In this document: in pieces, positions 50,379 to 59,289 of the stretch | Numbering within the stretch: the first letter of the stretch is position 1 | Layout of the letters: each line of letters opens with the position of its first letter | Origin: an uncultured Parabacteroides sp. | GTDB taxonomy: Bacteria; Bacteroidota; Bacteroidia; Bacteroidales; Tannerellaceae | NCBI GenBank assembly: GCA_900541965.1 | Contig: UQLN01000002.1 | Span: 16,547 to 80,546, forward strand | Direction: 5' to 3' | Length of the DNA stretch: 64,000 nucleotides | Made by a program: the position numbers and the translations under genes | Notes under the pieces: model-generated | What the model was told of the DNA's origin: nothing | Seen by the model: only the letters and a program-made list of their open reading frames with translations | The model's database searches: none

Positions 50379-51326
50379 TTACCAAATTCTCCAATCCGGG
50401 ATATCAATAGAATAAGCCTTTTCGGGAGACATCCGCATACCCAGATACATGCCCGGATTAGAACTGAATGTTCCGATAAACAGTTCCGCTTCCGCCAATA
50501 CATCCATCGAAGCAAACAGTTTGATATAACGGTTTTTCTTTACTTCCGGCGCTTCATGCTTGAATGTATTATGGAAATACCCCCTTTCCTCTTTTCCACA
50601 AAATGTCCGGAACGACCAGGATGGATAATTTTTCTCTAATTCCTCAATCACCGCATAATCGTCTGTAAGGACAAATGCGGAACGGATATCCGACAGTTGT
50701 TCCGCTTTGCCTATATATTGCCTGCAACCGAGGATTTCAGCTTCGCTAAATTTATCACCTCCCCGTATATGAAAACCAATATATCGATCCGGTAGATTTA
50801 CGGACTGTTTATACCGTTGTACTTCCTCTGCCGTCTTTCCATTATACACCCATGTCATTTCTATCAGTTTACGGCAGATGGCACGCAAATCACCTTTCAA
50901 TCCCAACTCAGAGAAGTTATATTCCGAAGGATGGGCTTGCGAACGCAAAGCATCCCACAAATCAAAAGTGGTAAGCACACGGGGGTTAACAGACCGGAAA
51001 ACAGCAGTCAACCATGTATCGGCTTTCCTCAGCAAGGAGTTTTTAAAGCGATGGTTCGGACGCCGGTTAAAATAAGCATGCAGGAAATTACCTCCCTCCT
51101 CACAAAAAGGGGAAAAATAATCATTCCAGCCCTCTTTATATTTAAAATTAGCATCCTTGGAATAGATGGAAAACCGTATCTTCTTGTCCAGGCAATACAG
51201 AATAGCAAGAATCATATTATTGTATTCCGAAAAAAAACCGGAATCACCTCCCAGATGATAAACAAAACGGGGACTACTCCGGTCATTTACCCGGTGGTAT
51301 AAATCTAACAATGTCTTTTCCGCCAT
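50379..51326 (-). CDS. Hypothetical protein with a fucosyltransferase-superfamily-like motif (possible GT11/GT23-related glycosyltransferase).
   Basis: 315 aa. GFHIRGGDKF resembles the HxRRGDY motif I of alpha1,2- / alpha1,6- / O-fucosyltransferases. It is embedded in the glycosyltransferase locus. No other recognisable motif. Confidence 0.4.
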   Translation of the reverse strand: MAEKTLLDLYHRVNDRSSPRFVYHLGGDSGFFSEYNNMILAILYCLDKKIRFSIYSKDANFKYKEGWNDYFSPFCEEGGNFLHAYFNRRPNHRFKNSLLRKADTWLTAVFRSVNPRVLTTFDLWDALRSQAHPSEYNFSELGLKGDLRAICRKLIEMTWVYNGKTAEEVQRYKQSVNLPDRYIGFHIRGGDKFSEAEILGCRQYIGKAEQLSDIRSAFVLTDDYAVIEELEKNYPSWSFRTFCGKEERGYFHNTFKHEAPEVKKNRYIKLFASMDVLAEAELFIGTFSSNPGMYLGMRMSPEKAYSIDIPDWRIW

Positions 51327-51327
51327 A

Positions 51328-52266
51328 CTATTTCAAATTTCTCAAGATAGGGAGAGCCGCCAGTTTGGCAAAACGGGCTTCCTTATATTTTTTCATTACG
51401 GCATAACCGAACACAGTACGTCTTACTGCCTGTTCAAACGGTTGGTCGAATATATTGCACAAGAAAGCAACGAGCTCCTGCATCCAGTCCTTTTCCTGCT
51501 GCTCTTTCGTCTGCCAGGGAAGGGATAACTTCTGTAAATAGGCCTCATCATCATTATCCAGACGGATGATTTCCTCCACAGCCTCATCCATATTATTGAA
51601 TAACTGAATATTTATGATAGATTCCGGATTAAAATCCGAATGTACATTCGGATTTCCCCAATATATTGGGAGTGAGTTTACCACCATCGGCTCCATCAAC
51701 TTTTCCGTAGTGTATCCGGACAAAGCACTGTTCTCAAAAGCAATTGTAAACTTATAATCCCGGATAAACGTCATTTTATCAGAAACAGGTCCACCTACAT
51801 TATTCAGCAAACGTCCTCCCGAATCCACCTTCTTGTATTCGGACAACCGGTGGAAAAATTGTTCGCGAAGCGGTGTAGAATACATGCTGTTGGAATATAC
51901 AAAATTACAGAATTTACGATTTACCAGCGATTTATCCACCTGTTTCTTTCCTAACCGCTCGTATCCCTTATAAAATAAATACAAGGGAAACCGGAGATAA
52001 CGGTCTTCAAAAGTAATATGCTGAAAACCCATGCCATAATCACAGAAATTAAAATCTGGAACATCATTCTCACCGGTGAAATAAATCTTTATGCAATCTT
52101 TATAGTCCAGATGGCTGAATCCGAAAGTAGAATAAAAAAGATAGTCCGGATTAGTATCAATAACAACATCATAGTAACCGGATAATGTATTAACAATCAA
52201 ATTATCCTGAGGATCAAAGCCTTGCCAGAAATCAACGAAATTTATCTTTATCTTTTTCATACGCAT
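51328..52266 (-). CDS. GT10-family alpha-(1,3)-fucosyltransferase.
   Basis: KFTIAFENSALSGYTTEKLMEP matches the GT10 FxFENSxxxxYxTEK signature. The start is at MRMKKIKINF, 2 nt after the upstream gene's stop. Confidence 0.75.
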   Translation of the reverse strand: MRMKKIKINFVDFWQGFDPQDNLIVNTLSGYYDVVIDTNPDYLFYSTFGFSHLDYKDCIKIYFTGENDVPDFNFCDYGMGFQHITFEDRYLRFPLYLFYKGYERLGKKQVDKSLVNRKFCNFVYSNSMYSTPLREQFFHRLSEYKKVDSGGRLLNNVGGPVSDKMTFIRDYKFTIAFENSALSGYTTEKLMEPMVVNSLPIYWGNPNVHSDFNPESIINIQLFNNMDEAVEEIIRLDNDDEAYLQKLSLPWQTKEQQEKDWMQELVAFLCNIFDQPFEQAVRRTVFGYAVMKKYKEARFAKLAALPILRNLK

Positions 52267-52268
52267 GC

Positions 52269-53243
52269 TCAAAGTGTTGCCTTCACATATAAACAAGCCA
52301 AACGAACGGGCAATTTATACGCTAATAGTTTCAAATTAGACATAAACGGATACTTACGCCAAGAAAAACTGTTGTAACCTTTAAATATCTGATTTACTCT
52401 TTGTATTCTTTCCCGGATAACAGAAGTCTTCACATGATTACGAAGCAATTCCTTAAAGAAATAAATCCGCTGGTTCGCCAAATAATCGAACAAGAGAGGA
52501 GTCAACGGCATATTCCTGTTTTTCATCTCTTTCACAGTTTCACGGAAAACAATTTCCAAGCTGTCAAAATTCCTGTCACTCATTTTCTGGGTGATAGAAC
52601 CCGGACGTACCCGGTATTTATATGTAATCTTTTTAGTGACAAGCAGTTCTGATGCCCTGGCAGCCAAACAGAAAGACCATAGGATGTCTTCATGCAGGAT
52701 TCCTTCATAAAACCAACAGGACTGTTCGGTAAACATCCTTCTCCTTACCAGTTTATTCCATGCCATCCCATGCCACAACCGGGCAAAAAGTTTATCTGCA
52801 ATATCCTGGTCTGCCAGACATGTTCCGTCCATTAATTCGGTCTCCGGATATTTCAGCCGGTCATTCGAGCCTAACAACTCGTATTCACCAATCACAAAGT
52901 CGGCATATATCCCATTCATAGCTTTCACTAATATCTCGATGGCATCCGAAGGCAACATGTCATCACTATCCAAAAAAAACAGAAACTCTCCGATGGAATT
53001 ACGTATACCGGTATTTCTTGCAGCAGACAGGCCGCGGTTCTCATCGTGTGATAAAAAGTGAACTTTATCTTTACAAGGATGTGCATCTACAATCTTCCGG
53101 GCCTTTGTCATGCTGTCATCCGGAGAGGCATCGTCAACCAACAAGATTTCCAACTCTTCATACGTCTGGTTTAACGCAGAAAGTAAACATTCCTCTATAT
53201 AGTCGGAAACGTTGTATACAGGTATGACAATAGATACTTTCAT
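52269..53243 (-). CDS. GT2-family glycosyltransferase.
   Basis: MKVSIVIPVYNVSDYIEECLLSALNQTYEELEILLVDDASPDDS is the classic GT2 N-terminus with a DxD motif. Confidence 0.8.
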   Translation of the reverse strand: MKVSIVIPVYNVSDYIEECLLSALNQTYEELEILLVDDASPDDSMTKARKIVDAHPCKDKVHFLSHDENRGLSAARNTGIRNSIGEFLFFLDSDDMLPSDAIEILVKAMNGIYADFVIGEYELLGSNDRLKYPETELMDGTCLADQDIADKLFARLWHGMAWNKLVRRRMFTEQSCWFYEGILHEDILWSFCLAARASELLVTKKITYKYRVRPGSITQKMSDRNFDSLEIVFRETVKEMKNRNMPLTPLLFDYLANQRIYFFKELLRNHVKTSVIRERIQRVNQIFKGYNSFSWRKYPFMSNLKLLAYKLPVRLACLYVKATL

Positions 53244-54139
53244 ATTTTTATCCAGCTATCTGGTATTAAATCGGGAGTAGTTTCCGTATTCAAAAAGAGC
53301 GAAGGGGCAATTACCACCTTCTTTTTATTGGGGTTCAACCAGGCACCCCACCAACTAAACGTACTGTTTGCTATAATATTATGCTTACAACAAGACATCA
53401 AATACATATCCTGCCACGAATCGATTCCCTTATTCCAATCGACATAAACAGGAGAAGGTATATCGAGATGTTCTTTTACCCATTTCATATCATCGGAAAA
53501 AACAAAAAAAGTTGCTTCCGGAACTTTTTTTCCAAGCATGGCTATTGCTCGTTTATAATAATCTATCGTACAAATATTTCCATAAAGGTGTTTATACTTG
53601 TCAGACAAATAATCACCTCTTCGAATATGGATGGAAACACTATCTGTTTTTTGTATCTGCACCAATAAATCGGCAGTTAACTTGGATATCTCCAAGTTAA
53701 CCTGATATTGCCGTAATATCAAATCTTTTACGTTATAAAAATATTTCTCACTCTGCCAGAAACCAAATGTCAGGGTCAAACCGGACTGTTCTTCCAGATA
53801 AGCCTTATCAAACACCCCTGCCTGCTGCTCTTGTACAATCTTTACACCCAACAGACGCAATAAGGACAAAAAGGTCCGGGCTGCATATTTTATCATTCCC
53901 CTATCTTTGAAAAGCAACAACTTACGAACTACCCGGACAAGAAACTCATAATATCTGTTTCTCTCCCCCAAAGAGATACCGAACAGACGTTCTAATTCCA
54001 ACCCGTTGTGTGTTGCTTCCCTACGGATAGAATAATCACTTAAATATAATTTCTTATTTACCGCCGCCCGCTTGCTTACGTAAAATGCGTACTCAAACAT
54101 TTGGTTGCCCAAACCTCCTGAAAGAACTATAATTTCCAT
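53240..54139 (-). CDS. GT11-family alpha-(1,2)-fucosyltransferase.
   Basis: It carries the GT11 motifs LSGGLGNQMFEYAF and SIHIRRGDY, then FFVFSDDMKWVKEH and DMYLMSCCKHNIIANSTFSWWGAWLN. This is the same motif set as Helicobacter FutC and B. fragilis fucosyltransferases. Confidence 0.85.
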   Translation of the reverse strand: MEIIVLSGGLGNQMFEYAFYVSKRAAVNKKLYLSDYSIRREATHNGLELERLFGISLGERNRYYEFLVRVVRKLLLFKDRGMIKYAARTFLSLLRLLGVKIVQEQQAGVFDKAYLEEQSGLTLTFGFWQSEKYFYNVKDLILRQYQVNLEISKLTADLLVQIQKTDSVSIHIRRGDYLSDKYKHLYGNICTIDYYKRAIAMLGKKVPEATFFVFSDDMKWVKEHLDIPSPVYVDWNKGIDSWQDMYLMSCCKHNIIANSTFSWWGAWLNPNKKKVVIAPSLFLNTETTPDLIPDSWIKI

Positions 54140-54143
54140 ACGT

Positions 54144-55037
54144 TTATACCAATGCCCTCTTCAACTGTTTTAAATACCGGATTATATTTTGTTTGAGTTT
54201 TAACAAATAAATAATACCCGTTTCCATACTACTCAAGGTTGCATCAATACCTGCCTGCATAATATCCTCATTGGTGAAAATATTGTACAAGGCAAATTTA
54301 TCCAGCAAGACGATATAATCCCTCACATTTCTTTCTAAAGATAATTTCTTAAACATATACAAGTATTCTCCAATAACCAACTTGCTATTTTCAATACAAT
54401 CATTCGTTATCTGGAACTCACTAAGTCCTACATCTATCAAGGGTTCGTTAATCACCGTGAAATGCTTATTCATCCTCAGCATCCGGATATAAAACTCGGT
54501 ATCCACCAACCATATCAGACGTTCATCGAAGTAAAGCCCCTGATTGTTCCTGAAAATAGTCACACTGGGAGCTCCTATGCAATTCTTATCATACAATATT
54601 TCCGGAATATAGGGCAGCTTTGATACCTTTTTTGTCAATATCGGCCTGTTTATTACTTTGTCTTTTCCTACTTGCCTGGATGCAGAAAAGGCAAACAGAG
54701 AGGATGGATTTTCTTCCAATGCCTGCACAAAGCGGGATAACGCATCCGGAGATGAAAACCAGTCATCATGATGCATAATCTTAATATATTTCCCTTTTGC
54801 AAGAGATATCGCTTTATTCCAATTGGCAGGACTACCCAACGGCTGTTCATTCTTAACATAAACAATCCGCTCGTCCTTTTCACTCAACGGCTTCAGTTCA
54901 TCTGTAGGAGAATCGTCAGTGATAACAATTTCATACTGCTGAAAGGACTGTTGAAGAATCGAATCCAGACACCTCTCTAAAAAATCGGCACGCTTATATG
55001 CCGGGATACAAATACTGACTATTATTTCTTGTTCCAT
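54144..55037 (-). CDS. GT2-family glycosyltransferase.
   Basis: IVSICIPAYKRADFLERCLDSILQQSFQQYEIVITDDSPTD. Confidence 0.8.
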   Translation of the reverse strand: MEQEIIVSICIPAYKRADFLERCLDSILQQSFQQYEIVITDDSPTDELKPLSEKDERIVYVKNEQPLGSPANWNKAISLAKGKYIKIMHHDDWFSSPDALSRFVQALEENPSSLFAFSASRQVGKDKVINRPILTKKVSKLPYIPEILYDKNCIGAPSVTIFRNNQGLYFDERLIWLVDTEFYIRMLRMNKHFTVINEPLIDVGLSEFQITNDCIENSKLVIGEYLYMFKKLSLERNVRDYIVLLDKFALYNIFTNEDIMQAGIDATLSSMETGIIYLLKLKQNIIRYLKQLKRALV

Positions 55038-55051
55038 TTATATACGACTGG

Positions 55052-56491
55052 CTATTGTTTCTTTTTCAGAAGAAAAGACAACACTTCCCTGAATATGACA
55101 GCAGACGAAAACCACATTGCCGCCACATAAAATACGGCAACCAACAATACTTTCGCTATCAGCTTTATATATAGATTTTCTATCTGCTTTGTTATCAACC
55201 AGGCTATTACTATGCTAACAAAGACAATAAGCAAATAAGGCACCGTATCTTTCAGGAAATTAAAGAATGACAGCGGAATCAGTTTGCTTACCGAAATATG
55301 CCAAATCAAAAGAATCAGAAAAGATACAATCAGGTTTGCCATCGCTATCCAGTACAGACCGTAAGGACAGGCTAGGAATGTAACCGCTATCTGTATAATC
55401 GAACTGACCAGGGTACACCAGAAATAGAAGTTTGAACGCCCATGCGCAATAATTATCTGGATATAAAGGGAGGAAAACAGATAGACACATCCCCACATGC
55501 AATACATCTGCAATATCGGGACAGCAGGTAAAAAGTTACTGTTTATAATTGTAATAAAATCGCGGCTGATAAAAGCCAGCCCCAACAATGCCGGAAAAGA
55601 AATAAAAGAGATAAAACGTACCATCTTCCTCAACATATGGGATTGACGCTCTTTTTCAGACTGGACTTGCACAAACACCGGTTGTGCCACACTGTAAATC
55701 ATTCCATTAATAACCTGGGTTCCCATTCCTGCCCATTTCGTTCCCTGCGAATAGAAGCCCACATACGCTTTCGTATAGAACTTACCGAGCAATACAGAGA
55801 ATATATTTATCTGAACCTGACTCACAATGGAAGATACCAGCATCTTAAAACTAAATCCGAACATCTCCTTTACAGGAGTAAAATCTATCGAAAAGCCAGG
55901 TCGCCAAGGGGAGAAATACCAACGGAGAAGAGTTCCCAAAGTCGAAGCAGCCAAAGTCTGTATCGCCAAAGCCCAATAACCATAACCGTTTAATACCATA
56001 TAGATACCGATAACACCGGATATAGCTGTAGCAAAGATATCGACCTTTGCCCTTTCCTTTACCATCAACTTTTTAAATAAGACGGCATTATGGGCTATCC
56101 CCATACTTCCTACGACAATGGAAAGGAATAATACCCGGGAAAGGGGTATCAGGGCTGGTTCCCTATAAAATCCGGCAATCAGGGGGGCACAGAAATATAA
56201 AACAACATAGATACTGCTACCCACAATCAGGTTAAACCAGAAAACAGCATTGTAATCATTATCCTTAAATACCGGGCGGTTCGTCAGTGCGGCAATAAAG
56301 CCACTCTCCTGTATAGTACTTGCAATCGCGATAAAAATAGCAAGCATACCTACCAGCCCGTAATCATCTTCCGTCAGGTTTTTCAGGAGAATTATTCCTA
56401 TTAGGACACCCAGCACTTGTTGAACACCATTGCTGATACCACCCCAGAAAAGCCCTTTTGCCGTTTTCTCTTTTAGAGTCTGTTCTGCCAT
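55052..56491 (-). CDS. wzx: Wzx-type oligosaccharide flippase (MOP superfamily polysaccharide biosynthesis protein).
   Basis: 479 aa with ~12-14 TM helices. The N-terminus KGLFWGGISNGVQQVLGVLIGIILLKNLTEDDYGLVGMLAIF is typical of Wzx/RfbX. Confidence 0.85.
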   Translation of the reverse strand: MAEQTLKEKTAKGLFWGGISNGVQQVLGVLIGIILLKNLTEDDYGLVGMLAIFIAIASTIQESGFIAALTNRPVFKDNDYNAVFWFNLIVGSSIYVVLYFCAPLIAGFYREPALIPLSRVLFLSIVVGSMGIAHNAVLFKKLMVKERAKVDIFATAISGVIGIYMVLNGYGYWALAIQTLAASTLGTLLRWYFSPWRPGFSIDFTPVKEMFGFSFKMLVSSIVSQVQINIFSVLLGKFYTKAYVGFYSQGTKWAGMGTQVINGMIYSVAQPVFVQVQSEKERQSHMLRKMVRFISFISFPALLGLAFISRDFITIINSNFLPAVPILQMYCMWGCVYLFSSLYIQIIIAHGRSNFYFWCTLVSSIIQIAVTFLACPYGLYWIAMANLIVSFLILLIWHISVSKLIPLSFFNFLKDTVPYLLIVFVSIVIAWLITKQIENLYIKLIAKVLLVAVFYVAAMWFSSAVIFREVLSFLLKKKQ

Positions 56492-56497
56492 AAAGCA

Positions 56498-57382
56498 TTA
56501 TTTAAACCGCATGACGGCAGGACGCATTTCTTTTTCAACATACAAATATCCGGGGCATAGGGTCGTTTCTAATTTATGTTCTCGTAATATGCCTTGTATA
56601 ACAGGTACATCATCAGATAAGTGATAGACACATACCGAACCGGATATATTCTTTGCCTTACTTAATAAACAGGAAGCTCCCCGCAAAGCCTTACGTTCAT
56701 AACCTTCTATATCCATCTTCAAAAATAAATTGTCTGAAGGTTTATCTTTAAAATAGTCGTCCAATGTTACGTTATTTTCATCATTCATATCGCTAACGTA
56801 TTTACGGACAATCGTCACTTTCTCTTTCCAAGGGGCAAATGTAGCTTGTAAAGCTTCAATCCATCCCTCATTGCATTCGAACAGATAAGCATGGTCAATC
56901 TCTTCGATAGTATCGAGGGTAAAAATAGCTTCCGCACAGCCTATGTCCAGCAAGGTCTTTCCCTTCAATTCCTGATAAGATTCCACATAGCGATGGGCAC
57001 AGCGGCTGTCTTGCTCCATTAATAGCTCTTTATAAGAACCGGATACGCGATGAAACATATCACGCCTGAAATAAAGCCTCTTCCCTTTATGATACACATA
57101 TGGCAATCCGTTTTCCGCATCTACAGCCACATCAATTTGCAAACGATCATATTCTTTCTTCCACAAATAAGGGAAAGGCGTCGGGCCTGTTTTTCCTAAT
57201 ATCCAGAATGCCTGCTCCTTTTCTGTCTCCGGTTTGATAACAGAATAATATAAATAATAGCCTTTACATCTTAACCAATCCCGGGTTCTCCGGTATGCAG
57301 ACAGGAAATCACCCAGAAAAGCATTATAAATGGATTGCCGGACTTGCTCAGAGACAAGTGTTCTGTATAATCGGGTTATCAT
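56498..57382 (-). CDS. FkbM-family SAM-dependent methyltransferase.
   Basis: LLDIGCAEAIFTLD is a SAM-binding loop. FLKMDIEGYERKALRGA is the FkbM-family signature. Confidence 0.7.
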   Translation of the reverse strand: MITRLYRTLVSEQVRQSIYNAFLGDFLSAYRRTRDWLRCKGYYLYYSVIKPETEKEQAFWILGKTGPTPFPYLWKKEYDRLQIDVAVDAENGLPYVYHKGKRLYFRRDMFHRVSGSYKELLMEQDSRCAHRYVESYQELKGKTLLDIGCAEAIFTLDTIEEIDHAYLFECNEGWIEALQATFAPWKEKVTIVRKYVSDMNDENNVTLDDYFKDKPSDNLFLKMDIEGYERKALRGASCLLSKAKNISGSVCVYHLSDDVPVIQGILREHKLETTLCPGYLYVEKEMRPAVMRFK

Positions 57383-57393
57383 AGTTTATTTTT

Positions 57394-58707
57394 TTATCTG
57401 CCGATGCAATGATAAATAAAACCATTCTCTTCCAGCTCGGCAGCATCATAAATATTGCGTCCGTCAAGGATTACCGGGGTAGCCATCAGTTTCTTTATTG
57501 CCGACCAGGAAGGCAGGCGAAATTCTTTCCATTCCGTAACCAGAAGCAAAGCATCGGCATCCACAACCGTGTCATATATATCTTTAGCATAATGAACGCT
57601 ATCCCCCAAAAGACGACGCGTTTCGTCCATTGCCACCGGGTCGTATACATAGACGTTACAACCGGCAGCCAACAACCTGTTTATAAGTACTAATGAAGGG
57701 GCTTCACGCATATCGTCCGTCTCCGGTTTAAAGGCAAGTCCCCAGATTGCAACCCGCCTGTGTTGTAAATCCCCTTTGAAATAATTATTCAACTTATGAA
57801 ACAGGATTGATTTCTGTTTCTCGTTTACATCCTCAACAGCTTCCAAGATACGCATATCATATGCATATTGTTTTGCAGTCTTGATAAGCGCTTTTATATC
57901 TTTCGGGAAACAAGAACCTCCATATCCGCAACCGGCATACAGGAAACGATTACCTATACGGGCATCCGAACCGATTCCCTTACGAACCATATTGACATCG
58001 GCGCCAACAATCTCACACAGGTTGGCAATATCATTCATAAAACTGATACGGGTGGCAAGCATTGCATTAGCCGCATATTTAGTCATTTCGGCAGAAGGCA
58101 CATCCATAAAAATAACACGGAAATTATTTAACAGGAAAGGCCGGTACAAACGCGTCATCAATTCTTTCGCCCTATCGGATTCCACTCCGACAACCACCCG
58201 GTCCGGACTCATAAAGTCCTTGATGGCTGCTCCTTCTTTCAAAAATTCCGGATTGGATGCCACATCAAACTCAATCTTCAGATTCCGTTTATCCAACTCT
58301 TCCTGAATAACCTGGCGAACCTTTCGAGCCGTACCTACCGGCACCGTACTTTTATTTACAATAAGAAGGTGTTGTTTCATATGCTGTCCGACCATACGCG
58401 CTACATCCAGCACATATGTAAGATCAGCACTGCCGTCTTCGCCGGGAGGAGTACCAACAGCACAAAACAGGACCTGAACCTTATCCAGACATTCCGTCAA
58501 ATTCGTGGTAAAATGCAAACGACCTGCTTGCTGGTTACGCCGTACCATTTCTTCAAGTCCGGGCTCATAGATTGGAATAATACCTTGTTTCAGATTCTCT
58601 ATTTTTTCCGTGTTTACATCCACACAAAAAACATCTGTTCCCATTTCTGCAAAACAGGTTCCTGTCACAAGCCCTACATAGCCAGTCCCTACTATCGCTA
58701 CTCTCAT
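57394..58707 (-). CDS. ugd: UDP-glucose 6-dehydrogenase.
   Basis: 437 aa. It has the MRVAIVGTGYVGLVTG Rossmann motif and the catalytic region GGSCFPKD. The full length is UDP-glucose/GDP-mannose dehydrogenase-like. Confidence 0.9.
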   Translation of the reverse strand: MRVAIVGTGYVGLVTGTCFAEMGTDVFCVDVNTEKIENLKQGIIPIYEPGLEEMVRRNQQAGRLHFTTNLTECLDKVQVLFCAVGTPPGEDGSADLTYVLDVARMVGQHMKQHLLIVNKSTVPVGTARKVRQVIQEELDKRNLKIEFDVASNPEFLKEGAAIKDFMSPDRVVVGVESDRAKELMTRLYRPFLLNNFRVIFMDVPSAEMTKYAANAMLATRISFMNDIANLCEIVGADVNMVRKGIGSDARIGNRFLYAGCGYGGSCFPKDIKALIKTAKQYAYDMRILEAVEDVNEKQKSILFHKLNNYFKGDLQHRRVAIWGLAFKPETDDMREAPSLVLINRLLAAGCNVYVYDPVAMDETRRLLGDSVHYAKDIYDTVVDADALLLVTEWKEFRLPSWSAIKKLMATPVILDGRNIYDAAELEENGFIYHCIGR

Positions 58708-59111
58708 AATTATATTTCCCTTTGAAAGGTCCTCCTGTTTTTAATTGCCATCCAGATACATAAAGGTTCGTCACTCCCGATATGGGAATAACAAACATAT
58801 GACAAAGATAACACGTTTATATATATCTAAAGGAGTTGAACCTGAAAAACCACAATAAACCAGTTCTATAGCAAATAAAAACAGGGAGGAAGAACAGAAC
58901 CTGCCTGTCTTCCTCCCTTTCCATAGTTAAGGTCCACTGTAAATTGCAATTTTACAAGTAGAGTTTCTTGTGTGCTTTTATTAATGCCTACCCTCTATTT
59001 CCCTCTTTCTGTTTTTATAAACGGACTTGAATATATATTATTATATATGCCGTAAAAAAAATTAAAGACACAAATCTAAACAAGCTCTATAGACAGGACA
59101 CTTTTTCCTAA

Positions 59112-59169
59112 TTCATAGTTATGGTTTTTGAAAATCATAACTATGAATTCAGAAAACCATAACTATGAA
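59112..59169. repeat. Second copy of the CATAGTTATG x3 element at 22-bp spacing. Here one unit is forward and two are inverted (CATAACTATG).
   Basis: Units start at 59114 (CATAGTTATG), 59136 (CATAACTATG) and 59158 (CATAACTATG). The spacers are GTTTTTGAAAAT / AATTCAGAAAAC. It lies between the metG 3' end and the ugd start. Confidence 0.8.
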
Positions 59170-59197
59170 GAATAAGACTGCTCTTTCCACCTGATTG

Positions 59198-59246
59198 TAT
59201 ACGAAGCGACCCCAAAAAGCTATGCAATATTCATTTGCATAACTTT
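59198..59246. terminator. Hairpin terminator downstream of metG (stem GACCCCAAAAAG / CTTTTTGGGGTC).
   Basis: A 12-bp perfect stem with internal A/T runs and a 22-nt loop. It sits 44 nt from the metG stop. Confidence 0.55.
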
Positions 59247-59289
59247 TTGGGGTCACTCTCTGGCTATCTTAGCCTATATATAAGTAACC

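Noticed and set aside
45052-58707. Capsular polysaccharide (CPS) locus of the phase-variable Bacteroides type.
   Set aside because: It has no UpxY/UpxZ-like regulator genes at the head, no Wzy polymerase or Wzz, and no invertible promoter inverted repeats upstream of ugd. The oligosaccharide (O-glycosylation-type) interpretation was preferred, but CPS or LPS is not excluded.
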